A stretch of 64,000 bases of DNA from Clostridiales bacterium (GTDB taxonomy: Bacteria > Bacillota > Clostridia > Christensenellales > UBA1242): NCBI GenBank assembly GCA_015069415.1, contig SVIQ01000002.1, positions 84,225-148,224 of the forward strand. Direction: 5' to 3'. A program made the translations under genes and the position numbers. Positions 1 to 8,033 of this stretch are shown here, piece by piece. The first letter of the stretch is position 1; each line of letters starts with the position of its first letter. The notes below the pieces were generated by a model, which worked only from the letters and a program-made list of their open reading frames with translations, ran no database searches and was not told the origin of the DNA.

Positions 1-795
1 GTTGTAAAAAGCATATGTATCTAACGTTTCTACAGTATTTGGAATGCTTATAGAGTCATTATAAATGCCGTTGATAAAAACGTAAGAAGGTATTTTTTCG
101 CCAACAAATCCGGAAATGTCTAAATTTGTAATTGTGGGAATTCTGTCTGTAGGACTTGCGAATGAATATTTATCTAAAGTTTCTAATCCTTGAGGCAAAA
201 CTAAACTGCTATAGTTATAAAGTGTGTTATAAAAAGTGTATTGCCCTACAGTTTTCAAATTTGGAGGATACAATGCAGGATCTAAATCACAGTTGTAAAA
301 AGCACTACTGCCAATACTTTTTAACACAGAACAATTTTCCAAATCAAAAAATCTAAATCTTACATTATAAGCAAAACAATATGTGCCAATAGCTGTTAGT
401 TGTGGATTAAAATAAATATCAATTGGATTTACGTTAGAGTAAAAAAGGTAATTTCTTGCTTTTAAGTAAGATGCTGGAAAATGAATTTCGGTTCTTTCAC
501 TAGTTGAAGAATAACTTTCCTTGTAAAATAAAACTACGCCAAGGTCTAAAGTTTGAGGTTTTTGATATGTTCCAGTTCGAATGTTCCAATCTCCAGCGTA
601 GAAAGTTTTTCCTTCAAGAACGTCTTCTTCTGTTGCTGTCGCATCTGTTCCGTCAAAGACTGGAATGCTATTAATTCCGTCAGTAATTTCACTTGGGCTA
701 GGATTTGTACCTTTAACCCAAACAGTTCCACCTTTTCCTTCTACTGCAGTTTTTTGTTTAATAATTTCTTGTTTTAGTGTTTCTAAATTGTTCAT
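1..795 (-). CDS. BspA-type leucine-rich repeat protein with phage-fibre-like N-terminus (3' end runs off window)
   Basis: Not in ORF track. Manual translation from ATG at 795 (SD AGGAGG) is open to base 1: MNNLETLKQEIIKQKTAVEGKGGTV...DATATEEDVLEGKTFYAG...LTAIGTYCFAY...LKSIGSSAFYNC...PPNLKTVGQYTFYN...LPQGLETLDKYSF...IPNTVETLDTYAFYN. No signal peptide. Confidence 0.85.
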   Translation of the reverse strand, partial: MNNLETLKQEIIKQKTAVEGKGGTVWVKGTNPSPSEITDGINSIPVFDGTDATATEEDVLEGKTFYAGDWNIRTGTYQKPQTLDLGVVLFYKESYSSTSERTEIHFPASYLKARNYLFYSNVNPIDIYFNPQLTAIGTYCFAYNVRFRFFDLENCSVLKSIGSSAFYNCDLDPALYPPNLKTVGQYTFYNTLYNYSSLVLPQGLETLDKYSFASPTDRIPTITNLDISGFVGEKIPSYVFINGIYNDSISIPNTVETLDTYAFYN

Positions 796-803
796 TGTTC
801 CTC

Positions 804-986
804 CTAATATGTCCCGTTTATGATATTGTCAATGTCGCTTTCGAAAAAGTATTTACCTGACATTAAAAAATGTAATTCGTCCATATTCTTAATCAAATCG
901 TAGCCAGAAGCTAATGAAAAATAAATTTCCAAACGTTTTTCTATGTCTTTAATTTTTGCTAGAGCCAGTTCTAAAAGTTCTTCCAT
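804..986 (-). CDS. small hypothetical protein, co-transcribed with the LRR gene
   Basis: 60 aa ORF with SD AGGAG; stop lies 8 nt upstream of the LRR ATG. Confidence 0.7.
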   Translation of the reverse strand: MEELLELALAKIKDIEKRLEIYFSLASGYDLIKNMDELHFLMSGKYFFESDIDNIINGTY

Positions 987-1114
987 AATTTTCTCCTAAC
1001 GAGATTATAAATGCAAAATTTCGAATTTTGTCTGCCGACTGCCACAAAATAGCAAAATTAATTTGATTTATTTTCATTTTAGTGGTATACTAAAGTAACA
1101 AAAAAGGAGAAGAT

Positions 1115-1714
1115 ATGAGTAAAAATCTTAAATTATCTTTCATTTTATCTGTTGTTCTAGCTTGTGTTGTTATCGCATGGAACACTCTTTGGAAGTTTTT
1201 TGGTGGAATTGGTTTAAACTTTATTGCAGTAATCTTATGTTGTTTAACTTTGTTACTTGTTTGGTTAACAGATAAAGAAACTGGTAAAAAAATGCGCGAG
1301 TTGTTCTTTGTGTCATGTTTTTTTGCGGGATTGGAATTAATTAGTTATTTTGCCGTGGATTTCGCAGTAGAATTTTCTTTCAAAGCATACAAGGTTTTTG
1401 TAGTTTTACAAAACATTTATTCTGTAATTGCAATGCTTTTCTTAGGATACATTGTTTTGAGATTAGTTTTTGAAATCAAAGGCAAAAAGCTAAAATTTGT
1501 TGAAGTCATTAACGGAAATGAAAAATTCACTAAAAAACCTAAAAAAGAGAAAAAGGCAAAAGAGCTAGAAAATGGCACTCTTGAGGATAAGCCTGTAAAT
1601 CTTCATGAGGCAAACGTCGTAGAAACAGTGGAAAACGAACAAGTTGTTGAAGAGCCTGTTGTTTCAAATGAAATGAGTGAACAAGTTGATTCAAATGACC
1701 ATACTGAAGAGTAA
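1115..1714 (+). CDS. hypothetical membrane protein (about 4 TM helices, charged/acidic C-terminal tail)
   Basis: Four hydrophobic segments, SD AAGGAG, TG-TATACT promoter upstream, hairpin plus T-tract downstream. Confidence 0.8.
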   Translation: MSKNLKLSFILSVVLACVVIAWNTLWKFFGGIGLNFIAVILCCLTLLLVWLTDKETGKKMRELFFVSCFFAGLELISYFAVDFAVEFSFKAYKVFVVLQNIYSVIAMLFLGYIVLRLVFEIKGKKLKFVEVINGNEKFTKKPKKEKKAKELENGTLEDKPVNLHEANVVETVENEQVVEEPVVSNEMSEQVDSNDHTEE

Positions 1715-1827
1715 AAGGATTAGAGAAATCTAATTCTTTTTTATATTTACAAAGACAGATTAAAACATTGTTACAATGTAGAAATCAAAAAACGTTATTT
1801 TATTTATAAAATATTTTCGTTTTTGTG

Positions 1828-1856
1828 TTGACAAAGATATGAAAGTGTGCTATTAT
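1828..1856 (+). promoter_or_regulatory. sigmaA promoter of rpmG-secE-nusG
   Basis: TTGACA-17 nt-TATTAT with extended TG. Confidence 0.75.
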
Positions 1857-1915
1857 AATGACAACACCAAACAAGGGGTGTTTTTTTAAAGTAATTTTAA
1901 ATTTAGGAGATAATT

Positions 1916-2086
1916 ATGGCAAAGAAAGCTAAAACAAAAAGAGACAAAATTATTTTAGAGTGTACTGAATGTAAAAATCGTAATTACAACACTACTAAAA
2001 ACAAAGCTAACGATCCTGAAAGATTAGAGCTTAGAAAGTATTGCCCAACTTGCAGAAAAGAAACAACACACAAAGAAACTAAATAA
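1916..2086 (+). CDS. rpmG: 50S ribosomal protein L33 (Zn-binding C+ type)
   Basis: Not in ORF track (56 aa). [56 protein letters not shown]; SD AGGAG; canonical position before secE-nusG. Confidence 0.97.
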   Translation: MAKKAKTKRDKIILECTECKNRNYNTTKNKANDPERLELRKYCPTCRKETTHKETK

Positions 2087-2098
2087 TAGGGGTGCATT

Positions 2099-2386
2099 AT
2101 GTCAGAAGAAATTAAAACACCTAATGAGAAAACAGAAAACAAGTCAAACAAGGTAGTTGAAGTTAAAGCTAAAGACATGGCTAAAAAGAAGAAAAAAGTA
2201 AAACAACCTAATAAAATGGTTAAAGCACTTAAAGACACTGGTCGAGAACTTAAACAAGTTTCTTGGCCTGGATTCAAACAAGTCGTAAAGCAAACTGGAA
2301 TCGTTTTGGCAGTTGTACTTATTTTTGCTGTTGTGTTATTCGGTTTTGACAGACTCTGTTCTTGGTTGACAGGATTCTTGTTCTAA
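2099..2386 (+). CDS. secE: preprotein translocase subunit SecE
   Basis: ELKQVSWP motif followed by a single TM helix; between rpmG and nusG. Confidence 0.95.
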   Translation: MSEEIKTPNEKTENKSNKVVEVKAKDMAKKKKKVKQPNKMVKALKDTGRELKQVSWPGFKQVVKQTGIVLAVVLIFAVVLFGFDRLCSWLTGFLF

Positions 2387-2398
2387 TAAGGAGAAATT

Positions 2399-2959
2399 AT
2401 GGCTATTGAAGATAAGAATATTGACACAGTTCCAAAGTGGTACGTACTTCACGTGTTTTCTGGTTATGAAAATATTGCAAAACAAAATTTAGAAATAACA
2501 GTAGACAAGTATGATTTACAAAATCGTATTTTCCAAATTGTTATTCCTATGGAAGATGTTTTGGAAGAAAAACGTGGAAAGAAAGTTCTTGTTCCTAAGA
2601 AAACTATGCCTGGTTACATTTTGGTAAAAATGCTTTACGGTGATGACATTTGGCATGCTGTAACTCGTACTCAATATGTTACTGGTTTCGTAGGTCCTAA
2701 AGGTCGTCCTGTTTGTATTACAGACGAAGAAGCAAGACGTCTTGGCGTTGACGGAGGAATTACTTCTGAAGCTAAGTTCGAACTTACTGTTAAAGTTGGA
2801 GATATGGTTGAAATTATCGACGGATCACTTGCTAACTTTGTTGGAGTTGTTAAATCTGTTGACGAAGAAAACCAAAGACTTACTTGTATGGTTGAGATGT
2901 TCGGTCGTGAAAGCGAAGTGGAACTTGGGTTTAATCAAGTGCGCGTTAGCAACAACTAG
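2399..2959 (+). CDS. nusG: transcription termination/antitermination factor NusG
   Basis: KWYVLHVFSGYE, PGYILVKM, VTGFVG and C-terminal KOW (VGDMVEIIDG...VEMFGRE). Confidence 0.97.
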   Translation: MAIEDKNIDTVPKWYVLHVFSGYENIAKQNLEITVDKYDLQNRIFQIVIPMEDVLEEKRGKKVLVPKKTMPGYILVKMLYGDDIWHAVTRTQYVTGFVGPKGRPVCITDEEARRLGVDGGITSEAKFELTVKVGDMVEIIDGSLANFVGVVKSVDEENQRLTCMVEMFGRESEVELGFNQVRVSNN

Positions 2960-2988
2960 TTGACAAAATTCAAATTTTGTGTTAGATT
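2960..2988 (+). promoter_or_regulatory. sigmaA promoter of rplK-rplA
   Basis: TTGACA-17 nt-TAGATT with extended TG. Confidence 0.6.
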
Positions 2989-3030
2989 AGAAAAGGAAAC
3001 TCATCAGCCTTTAAAGAGAGGGTAAACTTT

Positions 3031-3057
3031 TGTGGGAGAGTTATCAATAATACCACA
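3031..3057 (+). promoter_or_regulatory. putative L1-binding autoregulatory RNA site in rplK leader
   Basis: TGTGGGAG...ACCACA stem with asymmetric internal loop, the pattern of L1 mRNA targets upstream of rplK/rplA. Confidence 0.6.
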
Positions 3058-3275
3058 CCATAGAATGGTAAATTATATGTTGTTCGTAAACTCGCAAACA
3101 TATAATTCATCTATTTGTCTTATTTGTTGGAATATATGTCAACACACTGCGTGTGTAAGCAAATAATTCCTCAAATGTAGCTTCAAGTAAACTTGAATTC
3201 AAATTGAATGAATTATTTGAGCGGGCTTTCGCTTTTAACATATATTTTCCAAAATTAAGAAAAAGGAGAAAAATT

Positions 3276-3713
3276 ATGGCAAAGAAAGTTAAAGCAGAAG
3301 TTAAAATTCAATTGCCAGCTGGTAAAGCTACTTCTGGTCCTAAGACTGGTTCTTCTCTTGGACCTCACGGTATCAATATTTCAGCTTTCATTAAAGAATT
3401 TAACGAAAAAACTGCAAAACAAGAAGGATTTGACATCCCTTGTATCATTACTATTTATGAAGACAGAAGTTTCACATTTGTCTTAAAGGCTCCGCCTGCT
3501 GCAGACCTTATCAAAAAAGAAGCAGGAATCGAGAAGGGTTCAGACAAGTCTCGTAACAAAGTTGGAAAATTAACAGTCGATCAACTTAGAAAAATTGCAG
3601 AAATGAAAATGCAAGATTTGACAGCTGCAAACATTGAAGCTGCTATGAGCGTTATCGCTGGTACAGCTAGAAGCATGGGCGTAAGCGTGGAGGGTTACAA
3701 TGAGAAGAAGTAA
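3276..3713 (+). CDS. rplK: 50S ribosomal protein L11
   Basis: [18 protein letters not shown]...IAGTARSMG; true start is ATG 3276 after SD AAGGAG (ORF track over-extends to 3204). Confidence 0.97.
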   Translation: MAKKVKAEVKIQLPAGKATSGPKTGSSLGPHGINISAFIKEFNEKTAKQEGFDIPCIITIYEDRSFTFVLKAPPAADLIKKEAGIEKGSDKSRNKVGKLTVDQLRKIAEMKMQDLTAANIEAAMSVIAGTARSMGVSVEGYNEKK

Positions 3714-4389
3714 AAATTACATTGAGAGCGAAAAACTCATTGACAAAACTTTAAGCTACTCAGCTAAAGAAGCAATGGATTTAGTTGTTAAAACTGGTAA
3801 AGCAAAATTCGACGAAACAGTTGAATTGCACGTTAAACTAGGTGTTGATGGACGTAACGCAGACCAACAAGTTCGTGGTGTTGTTGTTCTTCCTGAAGGA
3901 ACTGGTAAGACAGTTAAAGTTTTAGTTATTGCTAAAGGTGACAAGGCAGAAGAAGCTCGTAAAGCTGGTGCTGACATTGTTGGTGACGATGATGTTGTTG
4001 CTAAAATTATGGGCGGATGGTTAGATTTCGACGTTTGTATCACTACTCCAGATATGATGGGTGTGCTTGGACGTTGTGCTCGTATCCTTGGACCTAAAGG
4101 CTTAATGCCAAACCCTAAGAGTGGTACTGTTACTATGGACGTAACAAAGGCTATCAACGACGTTAAGGCTGGTAAAGTTGAATACCGTCTTGACAAACAA
4201 AACATTGTTCACGTTCGCGTTGGTAAAGTAAGCTTCGGAGCAGAAAGATTGCTTACAAACTTAACAGCTGTTATGGATGCTATCGTTAAAGCAAAACCAG
4301 CTGCTGCTAAAGGTACTTACTTAAAATCTACTTACGTTACTACTACTATGGGACCAAGTATTAAATTTAATTACAGCGATGTAAAATAA
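3700..4389 (+). CDS. rplA: 50S ribosomal protein L1
   Basis: [35 protein letters not shown] motifs. Confidence 0.98.
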   Translation: MRRSKNYIESEKLIDKTLSYSAKEAMDLVVKTGKAKFDETVELHVKLGVDGRNADQQVRGVVVLPEGTGKTVKVLVIAKGDKAEEARKAGADIVGDDDVVAKIMGGWLDFDVCITTPDMMGVLGRCARILGPKGLMPNPKSGTVTMDVTKAINDVKAGKVEYRLDKQNIVHVRVGKVSFGAERLLTNLTAVMDAIVKAKPAAAKGTYLKSTYVTTTMGPSIKFNYSDVK

Positions 4390-4392
4390 TTA

Positions 4393-4416
4393 GAAGTGGC
4401 TTTTCGCCACTTTTTT
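4393..4416 (+). terminator. intrinsic terminator after rplA
   Basis: AAGTGGC-TTTTC-GCCACTT then T-tract. Confidence 0.8.
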
Positions 4417-4530
4417 ATTTTTTTAACAACAAACTTGATTTTTAGCAATGCAAATAAATAACTTTATTTAGTTTACTTTTTTAAAAGTAAATGTTATAAT
4501 AAGTTTTACATATATTACTTTAAGGAAAAA

Positions 4531-5265
4531 TTGATAGTGCAAGACGTAGAAAATTACATTAAACATTTTATTGAAAAACAAGATAGATGTAGAAGTTCGG
4601 TTATTCTACCTAGAGATATAAAATATTATGATCTCTTCATTTTACCGAGTCAACATTGCTTCAATGAAACAAAGGGTTCGACGTCGTTTCGTATGGACGA
4701 TTTGGCAGCGTATGAAGAGTTTTTTACAAGATTTTATGACCGAAAAACACGAGATGGTTTAGACTTGATGATGTCTGTTCATGTATATTTAAATCAATAT
4801 TTTGGTTATGATGTAGATGAAGATGAAAGAGATTTTGTTAATTCAAGGTCAAAAGAGTATTCTATACGCGATTATATGTCTGAAAACTGTGCAACATCTT
4901 TCGAGAGAAGTTACTTGGCACATAATTTGTTGTGCTTGGCAGGATGCGATTCTTGTGTACTCTTTGTTGAAAAAGAAGTTGAAGGCAAAAAAACGCCTCA
5001 TGCTTTAGTTTCTATTAAATTAAAAAATGGCTATTTAATAATGGATCCTGTTGAATATTTAACATATACTCATCATAATTTCGTATATAGATTCCCAGTA
5101 ATTGAATTTGTAAAGTCAAGAGAAGTGGACTCATTCTTTACGGGCTATGGAGAAATCGGGGCTACAAATACAACTTTGAGACGGGTATGTAAAGAGGCAT
5201 GCTTAATTAATGTTCCGGAGGTATATTATAGTTTGCCGGGGAAAAGAAAATCTTACGAAATTTAA
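4531..5265 (+). CDS. hypothetical protein, possible transglutaminase/papain-like fold
   Basis: CATSFERSYLAHNLL..G...HALV...YLIMDP resembles the nucleophile-His-Asp layout; SD AAGGA, own terminator. Confidence 0.55.
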   Translation: MIVQDVENYIKHFIEKQDRCRSSVILPRDIKYYDLFILPSQHCFNETKGSTSFRMDDLAAYEEFFTRFYDRKTRDGLDLMMSVHVYLNQYFGYDVDEDERDFVNSRSKEYSIRDYMSENCATSFERSYLAHNLLCLAGCDSCVLFVEKEVEGKKTPHALVSIKLKNGYLIMDPVEYLTYTHHNFVYRFPVIEFVKSREVDSFFTGYGEIGATNTTLRRVCKEACLINVPEVYYSLPGKRKSYEI

Positions 5266-5292
5266 AAAATTCACAGTTTTGTGAATTTTTTT
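5264..5292 (+). terminator. intrinsic terminator
   Basis: AAAAAATTCAC-AGTTTT-GTGAATTTTTTT overlapping the stop codon. Confidence 0.75.
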
Positions 5293-5562
5293 ATACAATA
5301 AAAAATCAATTTGTGAATTATATTTTATTAATATTTTATTTTTTTAAAATTTAATTAAAATTTATTAATAAAATATGTTTTTAATTTAAAATTATAAATT
5401 ATTTTAATTTTGTTTAAAAATTTAAATAAAATTAAGTTTATATTATTACATAATATAAAAATTGAATTGCAAAATAATAAATTTATGATATAAATTTTTA
5501 AATAATACAATTTTCTTTACAAAATTAAAAAAAAATGATAACATAAAAACAAGGAGTTAATT

Positions 5563-5997
5563 ATGTTAGAAATTAAAGTTAAATATTTTTCAGATGTTGA
5601 ACCAATTCAATTTATTGAAGGAAAGAAAAGCGATTGGTATGATCTTCGCTCTGCGGAAGAAGTTGAAATGAAAGCGGGTGACTTTAGATTAATAAAATTA
5701 GGTGTTGGAATGATTTTACCAGAAGGATATGAGGCTCATGTGGCACCGCGTTCTGGAACGTTTAAAAATTTTGGAATTATTCAAGCAAATAGTGTTGCTG
5801 TAATAGATGGAAGTTATTGTGGAGATAATGATCAATGGTTGTATCCTGCGATTGCATTGAGAGATACAGTGATTCATAAAAACGATAGAATTTGTCAATT
5901 TAGAATTATCGAAAATCAACCTCCTGTAAATTTCGTAAAAGTTGAACATTTAAAAGATAAAGATAGAGGCGGATTCGGAAGTACTGGAAAAAATTAG
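5563..5997 (+). CDS. dut: trimeric dUTP diphosphatase
   Basis: [22 protein letters not shown] and C-terminal RGGFGSTG dUTPase motifs. Confidence 0.93.
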   Translation: MLEIKVKYFSDVEPIQFIEGKKSDWYDLRSAEEVEMKAGDFRLIKLGVGMILPEGYEAHVAPRSGTFKNFGIIQANSVAVIDGSYCGDNDQWLYPAIALRDTVIHKNDRICQFRIIENQPPVNFVKVEHLKDKDRGGFGSTGKN

Positions 5998-6006
5998 GAG
6001 TTGGAA

Positions 6007-7005
6007 ATGAATGTTTGTATTTTAGGTGCTGGAAGTTGGGGTAGTGGACTTGCTAGAATTCTTGGAGATAATGGAAATGATGTAATGATGTTTGACAGAG
6101 ATGAAAATATCATTAATGAGATTAATACTTTTCACACAAACAAAGATAAATTGCCCGTTGGAGCACTGCCAACAAATGTAAAAGCGACAACAGACATTAA
6201 AGTTGCTTTAAATTTTGCGGAAGTTGTTGTTATTTGTGTTCCAACAAAGGTTTTAAGGCTTGTTTTAAAGAGTGTAAATGAAAATTTGACAAGTCCTAAG
6301 CTTTTTGTAAACGCTTCAAAAGGATTAGAGCCAAATACATTTAAAAGAGTTTCTGAAATAGTTTACGAAGAAATAGCAAATGAAAACGTAAAAGGGTTTG
6401 TTGCTCTTACTGGTCCAAGTCATGCTGAAGAAGTAATAAGACAAATGTTAACAACCGTATGTTCTGTTAGTGAAAATGAAGAACATGCAATCCTTGTTCA
6501 AAAATTGTTTAATAACAGTGATTACTTTAGAGTGTACACTGGAAATGATTTAGCTGGTTCTGAAATTTGTGGTGCTATTAAAAATATTTATGCAATAGCA
6601 TCTGGAATGCTTGAAGGCTTAGGGTTTGGAGACAATGCAAAAGCGGGACTCATAACTAGAGCGTTAATTGAATTTAAAAAAATTATTTTAGCATTAGGGG
6701 GAGATGAGTCGACTGTTTATGGTCTCACTGGAGTTGGAGATTTAATTGTAACAGCAACTTCTCATCATTCTAGAAATTTCCAAGCAGGAATGAAGCTTGC
6801 ACAAAATCATGATTTGCAAGAAACAATTTCTTCTATGACTATGGTTGTAGAAGGTGCAAGAACTTGTGAAGCGGTTTATCAGGCTTGCAAAAAGTTTAAT
6901 TTAGATTGTCCTATAATTGACGCTGTTTACAATGTGATTTATCTTCATCAAGATGTAAATGAGGCAATTAAAAATTTAATGACTAGAAATTTAAAACATG
7001 AATAA
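6007..7005 (+). CDS. gpsA: NAD(P)H-dependent glycerol-3-phosphate dehydrogenase
   Basis: GAGSWG, SKGLE, GPSHAEEV, KNIYAIASG, GDLIVT, SRN, VEG motifs; ATG 6007 fits SD AGGAG. Confidence 0.96.
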   Translation: MNVCILGAGSWGSGLARILGDNGNDVMMFDRDENIINEINTFHTNKDKLPVGALPTNVKATTDIKVALNFAEVVVICVPTKVLRLVLKSVNENLTSPKLFVNASKGLEPNTFKRVSEIVYEEIANENVKGFVALTGPSHAEEVIRQMLTTVCSVSENEEHAILVQKLFNNSDYFRVYTGNDLAGSEICGAIKNIYAIASGMLEGLGFGDNAKAGLITRALIEFKKIILALGGDESTVYGLTGVGDLIVTATSHHSRNFQAGMKLAQNHDLQETISSMTMVVEGARTCEAVYQACKKFNLDCPIIDAVYNVIYLHQDVNEAIKNLMTRNLKHE

Positions 7006-7126
7006 AAAAATAAAATATAGTGAAAAATTAATTAAATTTCACTATTTTTTTATAAATAATTAATAATTTTATTAAATTTTATAATTATTTTTTATAAAAA
7101 CAAAAAAATCACCATATAGGTGATTT

Positions 7127-8032
7127 TTAAATTCTTTTATCTTTTGAAGATAAACATAAATTTAATGTTAAATTTTTGTTTGCAAGACGACTAAAAATTC
7201 GTTCGTCGTAACGTGACAAAATGTTTTCTAAAGATAAATTTGTAGTAATAAATGTAGGTAGATTTTTATTTTGTCTGGTGTTAATTAAATTGTATAAATA
7301 CTCTTTAGTAATATTTTTTAACACTGGTTCTGTTCCTAAATCGTCAATGAATAAAACTTCGGCATTCATTAAATCAGAAAAGTCATAAGATTTTCCAATA
7401 TGATACATTCTGGCAAGTTCATTAAATTCGAAAGCTGTTTTGTAAGTAACTGCAACGCTTTTCTTCATTAATTCGTTTGCAACACATTCCATTAGGAAAG
7501 TTTTTCCGCTTCCAGATCCACCCATAATGTTTACATTAATTTTTGTTACTTGCGGAAATTTTTCACACCAAGACTTAATTAATGTGTAAACTTTTTTGTC
7601 TTCTTCTGTTAAAATTTCATCGTTTGAATTTTCAAAACTTTTAAAAACATTTTGACTGCTTGTAGTAATTGAAATTTTACGATTTAATTCTTTTTGCAAA
7701 CATTTACAAATTTTTCCGTCGTTAACTCCGGTGTCATTGCAAATTTTGCAATCAAATTTTGGATAGAGTAAAGACTTGTCTAAATTGTTTTTAATCATAT
7801 ATCCGTCGATTTTTTTCGTTAAATCGTCAATTTCTTGTTTTAAATTTTCACAATCTTCATAAAGTCTTTTTCTTAAATATGTAATGTTTTTTTGAGTTAA
7901 GTTTGAGTAAAGATTGTCAAATTCTGGATCTTTTCTAAGAGATGAAATGAACTCTTCGCATTCTTCCTGTGCATGAATTCGCTTGAGCATAAAGTTTTGT
8001 CTGATTTCTGCAATTAATTTTTGCTTGTTCAT
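7127..8032 (-). CDS. DnaC/DnaI-like AAA+ helicase loader (IstB-like ATPase)
   Basis: CKICNDTG...CKC Zn module, Walker A GGSGSGKT, Walker B LFIDDLG, TTNL, RIFSRL; start ATG 8032 just after the upstream stop. Confidence 0.88.
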   Translation of the reverse strand: MNKQKLIAEIRQNFMLKRIHAQEECEEFISSLRKDPEFDNLYSNLTQKNITYLRKRLYEDCENLKQEIDDLTKKIDGYMIKNNLDKSLLYPKFDCKICNDTGVNDGKICKCLQKELNRKISITTSSQNVFKSFENSNDEILTEEDKKVYTLIKSWCEKFPQVTKINVNIMGGSGSGKTFLMECVANELMKKSVAVTYKTAFEFNELARMYHIGKSYDFSDLMNAEVLFIDDLGTEPVLKNITKEYLYNLINTRQNKNLPTFITTNLSLENILSRYDERIFSRLANKNLTLNLCLSSKDKRI

Positions 8033-8033
8033 A

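Noticed and set aside
156-777. ORF-track ORFs 156-356, 546-731 and 553-777
   Set aside because: They overlap the real minus-strand LRR gene (795 to window start), which has an SD and recognisable repeats.
3204-3275. N-terminal extension of L11 in the ORF track
   Set aside because: SD and family N-terminus (MAKKV) place the start at 3276.
1984-4205. Antisense or alternate-frame ORFs 1984-2277, 2742-2963 and 3756-4205
   Set aside because: Shadows of rpmG/secE, nusG and rplA.
5293-5550. Possible replication origin (extreme AT tract, DnaD/DnaC-like genes nearby)
   Set aside because: No DnaA-box cluster (TTATCCACA) or dnaA seen; similar AT tracts occur in several spacers.
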